Below are positions 1-13,500 of a stretch of 64,000 bases of DNA, piece after piece. The notes beneath the pieces were generated by a model. It made no database searches and was not told where the DNA came from. It was given only the letters and a program-made list of their open reading frames with translations. The stretch lies in the NCBI RefSeq assembly GCF_009914755.1, contig NC_060948.1; one strand, given 5' to 3'. Origin of the DNA: the human T2T-CHM13v2.0 reference genome, Homo sapiens. The position numbers were made by a program, and so were the translations under genes. Within the stretch, counting starts at the first letter, position 1. Every line of letters begins with the position of its first letter.

Positions 1-159
1 GAATGGAATTGATAGGAACGGAATGGAAAGGAATGAAATGATATGGCATGGAATGGAATCGAATGGCATCGAATGGAATGGAATGGAATGCAATGCAATG
101 GAATGTATTAGAATGTAATGAACTTTAATGGAATGTACTCGAATGGATTCGACTGGAAT

Positions 160-174
160 GGAATGTTCTGGAAG
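160..174. promoter_or_regulatory. Canonical heat-shock element motif 1 (gGAAt gTTCt gGAAg), once per unit
   Basis: Exact match to nGAAnnTTCnnGAAn; seen in all 18 units (e.g. 3689, 60632). Binding not shown. Confidence 0.6.
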
Positions 175-439
175 TGAATGGACTCCAATGGAATGGATTG
201 AAAAGGAATGGAATCGTACGGAATGGAATCTAATGGAATGGAATTAAATGGAAATGAATCAAATTGAATAGCACGGAATTGAATTGAATGGAATCGAATG
301 CAATGGAATCTAATGAAACGGAAAGGAAAGGAATGGAATGGAATGGAATGGGCTGGAATGGAAAGGAATCGAAACGAATGGAATGGAATCGAACTGAAGA
401 GACTGGAATGGAATGCAGTGGAATGGAAGGGAGTGTAAT

Positions 440-454
440 GGAAGGTTCTCGAAA
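440..454. promoter_or_regulatory. Canonical heat-shock element motif 2 (gGAAg gTTCt cGAAa), once per unit
   Basis: Exact match to nGAAnnTTCnnGAAn; seen in all 18 units. Binding not shown. Confidence 0.6.
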
Positions 455-1460
455 AAAATGGAATCGAATGGAATGGAATTGAATGGAACGGAATAGAGTC
501 GAATGGAATTGAATGGAATGGAATGGACTAGAGTGAAATGGAATCGAACCACAAGGAATGGACAGGAATAGAATGGTCTCGAATTGAATGGAATCGTATG
601 GAATGGCATCAAACGGAATGGAATGGACAGCCACGGAATGGAATGCACTCGAATGCAATGGAGTCGAAACTAATGGACTGGAATAGAATGGACTCGACTG
701 GTACGGACTCCAATGGAATGGAATCGAATGGAAGGGAATCGAACGGAATGGACTCGAAGGGAAAAGACTGCAATGGAAAGGTCTCGAATGGAATGGAAAT
801 TAATGGAATGGAATGGAATCGAATGAAATGGAGTCAAAAGGAATGGAATCGAATGGCAAGAAATCGAATGTAATGGAATCGCAAGGAATTGATGTGAACG
901 GAACGGAATGGAATGGAATCCAAAGAAATGGAATAGAATGGAATGGAATCGAATGGAAAGAACTCGAATGGAAATCACTCGAATAGAATGCAATTGAATA
1001 AAATACGATGAAATGTAATGGAATGGAATGGAAAGGAATCGAAACGAAAGGAATGGAGACAGATGGAATGGAATGGAACAGAGAGCAATGGTATAGAATG
1101 GAATGGAATCATCTGGAATGGAATTGAATGGAATGGAATAATATGAAATGGAATGGAATGGAATGGAATGCCCTTGAATTAAATGGACTGGAATGGAATG
1201 GACTCGAACAGAGTGGAATGGAAAGTGTTGAGATAGAATGGAATGGACTCCTTTGGAATGGTCTAGTATGCAATGCAATGGACTGGCAGGGAATCAAAAG
1301 GAATGTAATCGAATGGATTGGACTGGAATGCAATGGACTCGAATAGATTGGAAACGGAATGCAAAGGAATGGAATGGAATAGTATGGAATGGAATGGAAA
1401 GGAATGGAGTGGAATAGACTAGAGTGGAATGGAATGGACTCGAAAGCAATGGACTGGAAT

Positions 1461-1475
1461 GGAACTTTCTTGAAT
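1461..1475. promoter_or_regulatory. Canonical heat-shock element motif 3 (gGAAc tTTCt tGAAt), once per unit
   Basis: Exact match to nGAAnnTTCnnGAAn; seen in all 18 units. Binding not shown. Confidence 0.6.
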
Positions 1476-2910
1476 GGACTGGAATCAAACGGAATGGAAT
1501 GCAATGCAATCAAATGGCATGGAATAAAATAGAATGAAAGAGAATCAAATGGAATTGAATCGAATGGAATCGAATGGATTGGAAAGGAATAGAATGGAAT
1601 GGAATGGAATTGACTCAAATGGAATGGACTAGAATGGAATGGATTCGAATGGAAGGCAAAGGAATGGAATCTATTGGAATGGACTGCAATGGAATGGAAT
1701 GGAAGGGATTGGAATGGACTCGAATGGAATGGACTGCAATAGAAAGGATTCGAATGGAATGAAAAAGAATTGAATGGAATAGAACAGAATGGAATCAAAT
1801 CGAATGAAATGGAATGGAATAGAAAGGAATGGAATGAAATGGAATGGAAAGGATTCGAATGGAATGCAATCGAATGGAATGGAATCGAACGGAATGGAAT
1901 AAAATGGAAGCAAACTGGCAAGAAATGGAATCGAAATGAATGGAGTGTTATGGAACGGACTCCAAAGGAATTGAATGTAATAGAATGGAGTGGAGTGGAC
2001 TCGAATATAATGGACTGCAATGGAATGAAATCACATGGAATGGGAACGAATGGAATGGAATGGAAAGGAATGGAATCGAATGGAAAGGAATCGAATGGAA
2101 GGGAATGAAATTGAATCAACAGGAATGGAAGGGAATAGAATAGACGGTAATGGAATGGACTCGAATAGAATGGACACGAATGCTCAAATTGAATGGACTC
2201 GAATGGAATGGAAACGAAAGGAATGTCATCAAATGGAATTGAATCGATTGGAATAAAATCGCATAGAATAGAGTGGAATCAAATGGAATTGAATCGAAAG
2301 GAAAGGAAGCGAATGGACTGAAATGAAATGGAATGGAATTGAATGGAAAGTAAAGCAATGGAATAGAATGGAACAAAATTTCACGGAATGGAATCAAACT
2401 GAATGGAATCAAATCAATGGAATCTAATCAAATGGAATGGAAAGGAATTGAATGGAGTAGATGGGATTGGATGGGATTGGAATGAAATGTACTGGAAAGG
2501 ACTCGAATTTCATGAAACGGAATGGAATGAATTGGAACGGAATGGACTCGAATGGAATGGAATGTCATGGAATGGCATCAAATGGAATGGCATCAAATGG
2601 AATGGAATCGAATGCAATGGAATGCTATGGAATGGAATGGAATGCATTGGAATGGAATGTCCTCTAATGGAATGGATTCGAGTGGAATGGAATCGAATAT
2701 AATGGAGTCGAATGAAATGGAATTGAAAGGAATGGGATCGAATACAATGGAATATACTGGAATGTAATGTAATGAACTCGAATGTAATTGACTGGAATGG
2801 AATGTACATGAATGGAATGTAATCGAATGGAAAGTAATCCAATGGAATAGAATCTAATGCAATAAAATCGACTCAGATAGAGTAGAATGTAATGGAATGG
2901 AGTGCAGTGC

Positions 2911-2950
2911 AATGGAATGGAATGGAATGGAATGGAATGGAATGGAATGG
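2911..2950 (+). repeat. Length-variable pure (AATGG)n tract within each unit (8 copies in U1)
   Basis: Follows GTGCAGTGC. Copy number is 8, 9 or 11, or a compound 17-pentamer form in B units. Confidence 0.9.
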
Positions 2951-3177
2951 GATGGAATGGTATGGAATGGATAGTAATGGACTGGAGTGAAATGGACTGG
3001 AAAGGAATGGACTCAAATTGAAAGGGCTCGAAAGGAATGGAGTCAAATGGAATGGTCTATAATGGAATGAACACGAATGTAATGCAATCCAATAGAATGG
3101 AATCGAATGGCATGGAATATAAAGAAATGGAATCGAAGAGAATGGAAACAAACGGAATGGAATTGAATGGAATGGAA

Positions 3178-3331
3178 TTGAATGGAATGGGAACGAATGG
3201 AGTGAAATTGTATGCAGTAGAAGAGAATAGAATGCAATGCAAGCGAAAGGAAAGGAATGGATTGGAATGGAATGGAATTCATTGGAATGGAAGGGAATGT
3301 AGTGTAATGGACAGGCCTGGAATAAAGTGGA
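3178..3331 (+). other. DYZ1 diagnostic segment: Y1.2/Y1.1 sexing-PCR primer sites, EcoRI (3275-3280) and HaeIII/StuI (3313-3318)
   Basis: TTGAATGGAATGGGAACGAATGG at 3178-3200 and the reverse complement of TCCACTTTATTCCAGGCCTGTCC at 3309-3331, a 154-bp span. Primer sequences are recalled from memory; restriction sites are read directly. Confidence 0.8.
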
Positions 3332-3529
3332 ATGCTACGGTCTCGAATGGAATAAAAATGTATGGAATGGAATGCAATGAAACGGAATCGAATGTCATAG
3401 AATGTAATGGAATGCAAAAAAATGGACTCCAAAATCATTGACTGGAAAGGCTGGGTGTCGAAAGGAATTGACTCCAATGGAATGGAATCGAATGGAATGG
3501 AAGTGAATAGAATCGAACTAAATCGAATG

Positions 3530-6500
3530 GAATGGAATTGATAGGAACGGAATGGAAAGGAATGAAATGATTTGGCATGGAATGGAATCGAATGGCATCG
3601 AATGGAATGGAATGGAATGCAATGCAATGGAATGTATTAGAATGTAATGAACTTTAATGGAATGTACTCGAATGGATTCGACTGGAATGGAATGTTCTGG
3701 AAGTGAATGGACTCCAATGGAATGGATTGAAAAGGAATGGAATCGTACGGAATGGAATCTAATGGAATGGAATTAAATGGAAATGAATCAAATTGAATAG
3801 CACGGAATTGAATTGAATGGAATCGAATGCAATGGAATCTAATGAAACGGAAAGTAAAGGAATGGAATGGAATGGAATGGGCTGGAATGGAAAGGAATCG
3901 AAACGAATGGAATGGAATCGAACTGAGGAGACTGGAATGGAATGCACTTCAACGGAAGGGAGTGTAATGGAAGGTTCTCGAAAAAAATGGAAACGAATGG
4001 AATGGAATTGAATGGAACGGAATAGAGTCGAATGGAATTGAATGGAATGGAATGGACTAGAGTGAAATGGAATCGAACCACAAGGAATGGACAGGAATAG
4101 AATGGTCTCGAATTGAATGGAATCGTATGGAATGGCATCAAACGGAATGGAATGGACAGCCACGGAATGGAATGCACTCGAATGCAATGGAGTCGAAACT
4201 AATGGACTGGAATAGAATGGACTCGACTGGTACGGACTCCAATGGAATGGAATCGAATGGAAGGGAATCGAACGGAATGGACTCGAAGGGAAAAGACTGC
4301 AATGGAAAGGTCTCGAATGGAATGGAAATTAATGGAATGGAATGGAATCGAATGAAATGGAGTCAAAAGGAATGGAATCGAATGGCAAGAAATCGAATGT
4401 AATGGAATCACAAGGAATTGATGTGAACGGAACGGAATGGAATGGAATCCAAAGGAATGGAATAGAATGGAATGGAATCGAATGGAAAGGACTCGAATGG
4501 AAATCACTCGAATAGAATGCAATTGAATAAAATACGATGAAATGTAATGGAATGGAATGGAAAGGAATCGAAACGAAAGGAATGGAGACAGATGGAATGG
4601 AATGGAACAGAGAGCAATGGTATAGAATGGAATGGAATCATCTGGAATGGAATTGAATGGAATGGAATAATATGAAATGGAATGGAATGGAATGGAATGC
4701 CCTTGCATTAAATGGACTGGAATGGAATGGACTCGAACAGAGTGGAATGGAAAGTGTTGAGATAGAATGGAATGGACTCCTTTGGAATGGTCTAGTATGC
4801 AATGCAATGGACTGGCAGGGAATCAAAAGGAATGTAATCGAATGGATTGGACTGGAATGCAATGGACTCGAATAGATTGGAAACGGAATGCAAAGGAATG
4901 GAATGGAATAGTATGGAATGGAATGGAAAGGAATGGAGTGGAATAGACTAGAGTGGAATGGAATGGACTCGAAAGCAATGGACTGGAATGGAACTTTCTT
5001 GAATGGACTGGAATCAAACGGAATGGAATGCAATGCAATCAAATGGCATGGAATAAAATAGAATGAAAGAGAATCAAATGGAATTGAATCGAATGGAATC
5101 GAATGGATTGGAAAGGAATAGAATGGAATGGAATGGAATTGACTCAAATGGAATGGACTAGAATGGAATGGATTCGAATGGAAGGCAAAGGAATGGAATC
5201 TATTGGAATGGACTGCAATGGAATGGAATGGAAGGGATTGGAATGGACTCGAATGGAATAGACTGCAATAGAAAGGATTCGAATGGAATGAAAAAGAATT
5301 GAATGGAATAGAACAGAATGGAATCAAATCGAATGAAATGGAATGGAATAGAAAGGAATGGAATGAAATGGAATGGAAAGGATTCGAATGGAATGCAATC
5401 GAATGGAATGGAATCGAACGGAATGGAATAAAATGGAAGCAAACTGGCAAGAAATGGAATCGAAATGAATGGAGTGTTATGGAACGGACTCCAAAGGAAT
5501 TGAATGTAATAGAATGGAGTGGAGTGGACTCGAATATAATGGACTGCAATGGAATGAAATCACATGGAATGGGAACGAATGGAATGGAATGGAAAGGAAT
5601 GGAATCGAATGGAAAGGAATCGAATGGAAGGGAATGAAATTGAATCAACAGGAATGGAAGGGAATAGAATAGACGGTAATGGAATGGACTCGAATAGAAT
5701 GGACACGAATGCTCAAATTGAATGGACTCGAATGGAATGGAAACGAAAGGAATGTCATCGAATGGAATTGAATCGATTGGAATAAAATCGCATAGAATAG
5801 AGTGGAATCAAATGGAATTGAATCGAAAGGAAAGGAAGCGAATGGACTGAAATGAAATGGAATGGAATTGAATGGAAAGTAAAGCAATGGAATAGAATGG
5901 AACAAAATTTCACGGAATGGAATCAAACTGAATGGAATCAAATCAATGGAATCTAATCAAATGGAATGGAAAGGAATTGAATGGAGTAGATGGGATTGGA
6001 TGGGATTGGAATGAAATGTACTGGAAAGGACTCGAATTTCATGAAACGGAATGGAATGAATTGGAACGGAATGGACTCGAATGGAATGGAATGTCATGGA
6101 ATGGCATCAAATGGAATGGCATCAAATGGAATGGAATCGAATGCAATGGAATGCTATGGAATGGAATGGAATGCATTGGAATGGAATGTCCTCTAATGGA
6201 ATGGATTCGAGTGGAATGGAATCGAATATAATGGAGTCGAATGAAATGGAATTGAAAGGAATGGGATCGAATACAATGGAATATACTGGAATGTAATGTA
6301 ATGAACTCGAATGTAATTGACTGGAATGGAATGTACATGAATGGAATGTAATCGAATGGAAAGTAATCCAATGGAATAGAATCTAATGCAATAAAATCGA
6401 CTCAGATAGAGTAGAATGTAATGGAATGGAGTGCAGTGCAATGGAATGGAATGGAATGGAATGGAATGGAATGGAATGGAATGGGATGGAATGGTATGGA

Positions 6501-7064
6501 ATGGATAGTAATGGACTGGAGTGAAATGGACTGGAAAAGAATGGACTCAAATTGAAAGGGCTCGAAAGGAATGGAGTCAAATGGAATGGTCTGGAATGGA
6601 ATGAACACGAATGTAATGCAATCCAATAGAATGGAATCGAATGGCATGGAATATAAAGAAATGGAATCGAAGAGAATGGAAACAAACGGAATGGAATTGA
6701 ATGGAATGGAATTGAATGGAATGGGAACGAATGGAGTGAAATTGTATGCAGTAGAAGAGAATAGAATGGAATGCAAGCGAAAGAAAAAGGAATGGATTGG
6801 AATGGAATGGAATTCATTGGAATGGAAGGGAATGTAGTGTAATGGACAGGCCTGGAATAAAGTGGAATGCTACGGTCTCGAATGGAATAAAAATGTATGG
6901 AATGGAATGCAATGAAACGGAATCGAATGTCATAGAATGTAATGGAATGCAAAAAAATGGACTCCAAAATCATTGACTGGAAAGGCTGGGTGTCGAAAGG
7001 AATTGACTCCAATGGAATGGAATCGAATGGAATGGAAGTGAATAGAATCGAACTAAATCGAATG
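3530..7064 (+). repeat. DYZ1 unit U2 (3,535 bp, A type, 9-pentamer tract, +1 bp near 6785)
   Basis: ORF anchors 3759 to 7294; AAGAAAAAGG at 6781-6790. Confidence 0.92.
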
Positions 7065-10000
7065 GAATGGAATTGATAGGAACGGAATGGAAAGGAATGA
7101 AATGATATGGCATGGAATGGAATCGAATGGCATCGAATGGAATGGAATGGAATGCAATGCAATGGAATGTATTAGAATGTAATGAACTTTAATGGAATGT
7201 ACTCGAATGGATTCGACTGGAATGGAATGTTCTGGAAGTGAATGGACTCCAATGGAATGGATTGAAAAGGAATGGAATCGTACGGAATGGAATCTAATGG
7301 AATGGAATTAAATGGAAATGAATCAAATTGAATAGCACGGAATTGAATTGAATGGAATCGAATGCAATGGAATCTAATGAAACGGAAAGGAAAGGAATGG
7401 AATGGAATGGAATGGGCTGGAATGGAAAGGAATCGAAACGAATGGAATGGAATCGAACTGAAGAGACTGGAATGGAATGCAGTGGAATGGAAGGGAGTGT
7501 AATGGAAGGTTCTCGAAAAAAATGGAATCGAATGGAATGGAATTGAATGGAACGGAATAGAGTCGAATGGAATTGAATGGAATGGAATGGACTAGAGTGA
7601 AATGGAATCGAACCACAAGGAATGGACAGGAATAGAATGGTCTCGAATTGAATGGAATCGTATGGAATGGCATCAAACGGAATGGAATGGACAGCCACGG
7701 AATGGAATGCACTCGAATGCAATGGAGTCGAAACTAATGGACTGGAATAGAATGGACTCGACTGGTACGGACTCCAATGGAATGGAATCGAATGGAAGGG
7801 AATCGAACGGAATGGACTCGAAGGGAAAAGACTGCAATGGAAAGGTCTCGAATGGAATGGAAATTAATGGAATGGAATGGAATCGAATGAAATGGAGTCA
7901 AAAGGAATGGAATCGAATGGCAAGAAATCGAATGTAATGGAATCGCAAGGAATTGATGTGAACGGAACGGAATGGAATGGAATCCAAAGAAATGGAATAG
8001 AATGGAATGGAATCGAATGGAAAGAACTCGAATGGAAATCACTCGAATAGAATGCAATTGAATAAAATACGATGAAATGTAATGGAATGGAATGGAAAGG
8101 AATCGAAACGAAAGGAATGGAGACAGATGGAATGGAATGGAACAGAGAGCAATGGTATAGAATGGAATGGAATCATCTGGAATGGAATTGAATGGAATGG
8201 AATAATATGAAATGGAATGGAATGGAATGGAATGCCCTTGAATTAAATGGACTGGAATGGAATGGACTCGAACAGAGTGGAATGGAAAGTGTTGAGATAG
8301 AATGGAATGGACTCCTTTGGAATGGTCTAGTATGCAATGCAATGGACTGGCAGGGAATCAAAAGGAATGTAATCGAATGGATTGGACTGGAATGCAATGG
8401 ACTCGAATAGATTGGAAACGGAATGCAAAGGAATGGAATGGAATAGTATGGAATGGAATGGAAAGGAATGGAGTGGAATAGACTAGAGTGGAATGGAATG
8501 GACTCGAAAGCAATGGACTGGAATGGAACTTTCTTGAATGGACTGGAATCAAACGGAATGGAATGCAATGCAATCAAATGGCATGGAATAAAATAGAATG
8601 AAAGAGAATCAAATGGAATTGAATCGAATGGAATCGAATGGATTGGAAAGGAATAGAATGGAATGGAATGGAATTGACTCAAATGGAATGGACTAGAATG
8701 GAATGGATTCGAATGGAAGGCAAAGGAATGGAATCTATTGGAATGGACTGCAATGGAATGGAATGGAAGGGATTGGAATGGACTCGAATGGAATAGACTG
8801 CAATAGAAAGGATTCGAATGGAATGAAAAAGAATTGAATGGAATAGAACAGAATGGAATCAAATCGAATGAAATGGAATGGAATAGAAAGGAATGGAATG
8901 AAATGGAATGGAAAGGATTCGAATGGAATGCAATCGAATGGAATGGAATCGAACGGAATGGAATAAAATGGAAGCAAACTGGCAAGAAATGGAATCGAAA
9001 TGAATGGAGTGTTATGGAACGGACTCCAAAGGAATTGAATGTAATAGAATGGAGTGGAGTGGACTCGAATATAATGGACTGCAATGGAATGAAATCACAT
9101 GGAATGGGAACGAATGGAATGGAATGGAAAGGAATGGAATCGAATGGAAAGGAATCGAATGGAAGGGAATGAAATTGAATCAACAGGAATGGAAGGGAAT
9201 AGAATAGACGGTAATGGAATGGACTCGAATAGAATGGACACGAATGCTCAAATTGAATGGACTCGAATGGAATGGAAACGAAAGGAATGTCATCGAATGG
9301 AATTGAATCGATTGGAATAAAATCGCATAGAATAGAGTGGAATCAAATGGAATTGAATCGAAAGGAAAGGAAGCGAATGGACTGAAATGAAATGGAATGG
9401 AATTGAATGGAAAGTAAAGCAATGGAATAGAATGGAACAAAATTTCACGGAATGGAATCAAACTGAATGGAATCAAATCAATGGAATCTAATCAAATGGA
9501 ATGGAAAGGAATTGAATGGAGTAGATGGGATTGGATGGGATTGGAATGAAATGTACTGGAAAGGACTCGAATTTCATGAAACGGAATGGAATGAATTGGA
9601 ACGGAATGGACTCGAATGGAATGGAATGTCATGGAATGGCATCAAATGGAATGGCATCAAATGGAATGGAATCGAATGCAATGGAATGCTATGGAATGGA
9701 ATGGAATGCATTGGAATGGAATGTCCTCTAATGGAATGGATTCGAGTGGAATGGAATCGAATATAATGGAGTCGAATGAAATGGAATTGAAAGGAATGGG
9801 ATCGAATACAATGGAATATACTGGAATGTAATGTAATGAACTCGAATGTAATTGACTGGAATGGAATGTACATGAATGGAATGTAATCGAATGGAAAGTA
9901 ATCCAATGGAATAGAATCTAATGCAATAAAATCGACTCAGATAGAGTAGAATGTAATGGAATGGAGTGCAGTGCAATGGAATGGAATGGAATGGAATGGA

Positions 10001-10593
10001 ATGGAATGGAATGGGATGGAATGGTATGGAATGGATAGTAATGGACTGGAGTGAAATGGACTGGAAAGGAATGGACTCAAATTGAAAGGGCTCGAAAGGA
10101 ATGGAGTCAAATGGAATGGTCTATAATGGAATGAACACGAATGTAATGCAATCCAATAGAATGGAATCGAATGGCATGGAATATAAAGAAATGGAATCGA
10201 AGAGAATGGAAACAAACGGAATGGAATTGAATGGAATGGAATTGAATGGAATGGGAACGAATGGAGTGAAATTGTATGCAGTAGAAGAGAATAGAATGCA
10301 ATGCAAGCGAAAGGAAAGGAATGGATTGGAATGGAATGGAATTCATTGGAATGGAAGGGAATGTAGTGTAATGGACAGGCCTGGAATAAAGTGGAATGCT
10401 ACGGTCTCGAATGGAATAAAAATGTATGGAATGGAATGCACTGATACGGAATCGAATGTCATAGAATGTAATGGAATGCAAAAAAATGGACTCCAAAATC
10501 ATTGACTGGAAAGGCTGGGTGTCGAAAGGAATTGACTCCAATGGAATGGAATCGAATGGAATGGAAGTGAATAGAATCGAACTAAATCGAATG
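7065..10593 (+). repeat. DYZ1 unit U3 (3,529 bp, A type, closely similar to U1)
   Basis: ORF anchors 7294 to 10823; shares GATATGGC, GCAGTGGAATGG and GGTCTATAAT with U1. Confidence 0.92.
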
Positions 10594-13500
10594 GAATGGA
10601 ATTGATAGGAACGGAATGGAAAGGAATGAAATGATTTGGCATGGAATGGAATCGAATGGCATCGAATGGAATGGAATGGAATGCAATGCAATGGAATGTA
10701 TTAGAATGTAATGAACTTTAATGGAATGTACTCGAATGGATTCGACTGGAATGGAATGTTCTGGAAGTGAATGGACTCCAATGGAATGGATTGAAAAGGA
10801 ATGGAATCGTACGGAATGGAATCTAATGGAATGGAATTAAATGGAAATGAATCAAATTGAATAGCACGGAATTGAATTGAATGGAATCGAATGCAATGGA
10901 ATCTAATGAAACGGAAAGTAAAGGAATGGAATGGAATGGAATGGGCTGGAATGGAAAGGAATCGAAACGAATGGAATGGAATCGAACTGAGGAGACTGGA
11001 ATGGAATGCACTTCAACGGAAGGGAGTGTAATGGAAGGTTCTCGAAAAAAATGGAAACGAATGGAATGGAATTGAATGGAACGGAATAGAGTCGAATGGA
11101 ATTGAATGGAATGGAATGGACTAGAGTGAAATGGAATCGAACCACAAGGAATGGACAGGAATAGAATGGTCTCGAATTGAATGGAATCGTATGGAATGGC
11201 ATCAAACGGAATGGAATGGACAGCCACGGAATGGAATGCACTCGAATGCAATGGAGTCGAAACTAATGGACTGGAATAGAATGGACTCGACTGGTACGGA
11301 CTCCAATGGAATGGAATCGAATGGAAGGGAATCGAACGGAATGGACTCGAAGGGAAAAGACTGCAATGGAAAGGTCTCGAATGGAATGGAAATTAATGGA
11401 ATGGAATGGAATCGAATGAAATGGAGTCAAAAGGAATGGAATCGAATGGCAAGAAATCGAATGTAATGGAATCGCAAGGAATTGATGTGAACGGAACGGA
11501 ATGGAATGGAATCCAAAGAAATGGAATAGAATGGAATGGAATCGAATGGAAAGAACTCGAATGGAAATCACTCGAATAGAATGCAATTGAATAAAATACG
11601 ATGAAATGTAATGGAATGGAATGGAAAGGAATCGAAACGAAAGGAATGGAGACAGATGGAATGGAATGGAACAGAGAGCAATGGTATAGAATGGAATGGA
11701 ATCATCTGGAATGGAATTGAATGGAATGGAATAATATGAAATGGAATGGAATGGAATGGAATGCCCTTGAATTAAATGGACTGGAATGGAATGGACTCGA
11801 ACAGAGTGGAATGGAAAGTCTTGAGATAGAATGGAATGGACTCCTTTGGAATGGTCTAGTATGCAATGCAATGGACTGGCAGGGAATCAAAAGGAATGTA
11901 ATCGAATGGATTGGACTGGAATGCAATGGACTCGAATAGATTGGAAACGGAATGCAAAGGAATGGAATGGAATAGTATGGAATGGAATGGAAAGGAATGG
12001 AGTGGAATAGACTAGAGTGGAATGGAATGGACTCGAAAGCAATGGACTGGAATGGAACTTTCTTGAATGGACTGGAATCAAACGGAATGGAATGCAATGC
12101 AATCAAATGGCATGGAATAAAATAGAATGAAAGAGAATCAAATGGAATTGAATCGAATGGAATCGAATGGATTGGAAAGGAATAGAATGGAATGGAATGG
12201 AATTGACTCAAATGGAATGGACTAGAATGGAATGGATTCGAATGGAAGGCAAAGGAATGGAATCTATTGGAATGGACTGCAATGGAATGGAATGGAAGGG
12301 ATTGGAATGGACTCGAATGGAATAGACTGCAATAGAAAGGATTCGAATGGAATGAAAAAGAATTGAATGGAATAGAACAGAATGGAATCAAATCGAATGA
12401 AATGGAATGGAATAGAAAGGAATGGAATGAAATGGAATGGAAAGGATTCGAATGGAATGCAATCGAATGGAATGGAATCGAACGGAATGGAATAAAATGG
12501 AAGCAAACTGGCAAGAAATGGAATCGAAATGAATGGAGTGTTATGGAACGGACTCCAAAGGAATTGAATGTAATAGAATGGAGTGGAGTGGACTCGAATA
12601 TAATGGACTGCAATGGAATGAAATCACATGGAATGGGAACGAATGGAATGGAATGGAAAGGAATGGAATCGAATGGAAAGGAATCGAATGGAAGGGAATG
12701 AAATTGAATCAACAGGAATGGAAGGGAATAGAATAGACGGTAATGGAATGGACTCGAATAGAATGGACACGAATGCTCAAATTGAATGGACTCGAATGGA
12801 ATGGAAACGAAAGGAATGTCATCGAATGGAATTGAATCGATTGGAATAAAATCGCATAGAATAGAGTGGAATCAAATGGAATTGAATCGAAAGGAAAGGA
12901 AGCGAATGGACTGAAATGAAATGGAATGGAATTGAATGGAAAGTAAAGCAATGGAATAGAATGGAACAAAATTTCACGGAATGGAATCAAACTGAATGGA
13001 ATCAAATCAATGGAATCTAATCAAATGGAATGGAAAGGAATTGAATGGAGTAGATGGGATTGGATGGGATTGGAATGAAATGTACTGGAAAGGACTCGAA
13101 TTTCATGAAACGGAATGGAATGAATTGGAACGGAATGGACTCGAATGGAATGGAATGTCATGGAATGGCATCAAATGGAATGGCATCAAATGGAATGGAA
13201 TCGAATGCAATGGAATGCTATGGAATGGAATGGAATGCATTGGAATGGAATGTCCTCTAATGGAATGGATTCGAGTGGAATGGAATCGAATATAATGGAG
13301 TCGAATGAAATGGAATTGAAAGGAATGGGATCGAATACAATGGAATATACTGGAATGTAATGTAATGAACTCGAATGTAATTGACTGGAATGGAATGTAC
13401 ATGAATGGAATGTAATCGAATGGAAAGTAATCCAATGGAATAGAATCTAATGCAATAAAATCGACTCAGATAGAGTAGAATGTAATGGAATGGAGTGCAG

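Larger units (their letters stand above)
1..3529 (+). repeat. DYZ1 unit U1 (3,529 bp, short A type; unit phase set arbitrarily at window start)
   Basis: Opening GAATGGAATTGATAGGAACGG recurs at 3530; homologous ORF ends at 230 and 3759; 8-pentamer internal tract. Confidence 0.93.

Noticed and set aside
2461-2480. ATGGGATTGG x2 as a G-quadruplex or CCAAT-box pair
   Set aside because: Only two GGG runs; simply explained as a 10-bp pentamer-pair duplication with no promoter context.
2835-2845. TAATCCAATGG resembling a DUX4 site
   Set aside because: It lacks the terminal CA of the TAAYYYAATCA consensus; a partial match is expected in this sequence composition.
997-3356. Several AATAAA poly(A)-like signals per unit (e.g. 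997, 1523, 1898, 2861, 3321, 3351)
   Set aside because: They arise easily from GGAAT decay in an A-rich strand. I see no GU-rich downstream element, and no transcript data are available.
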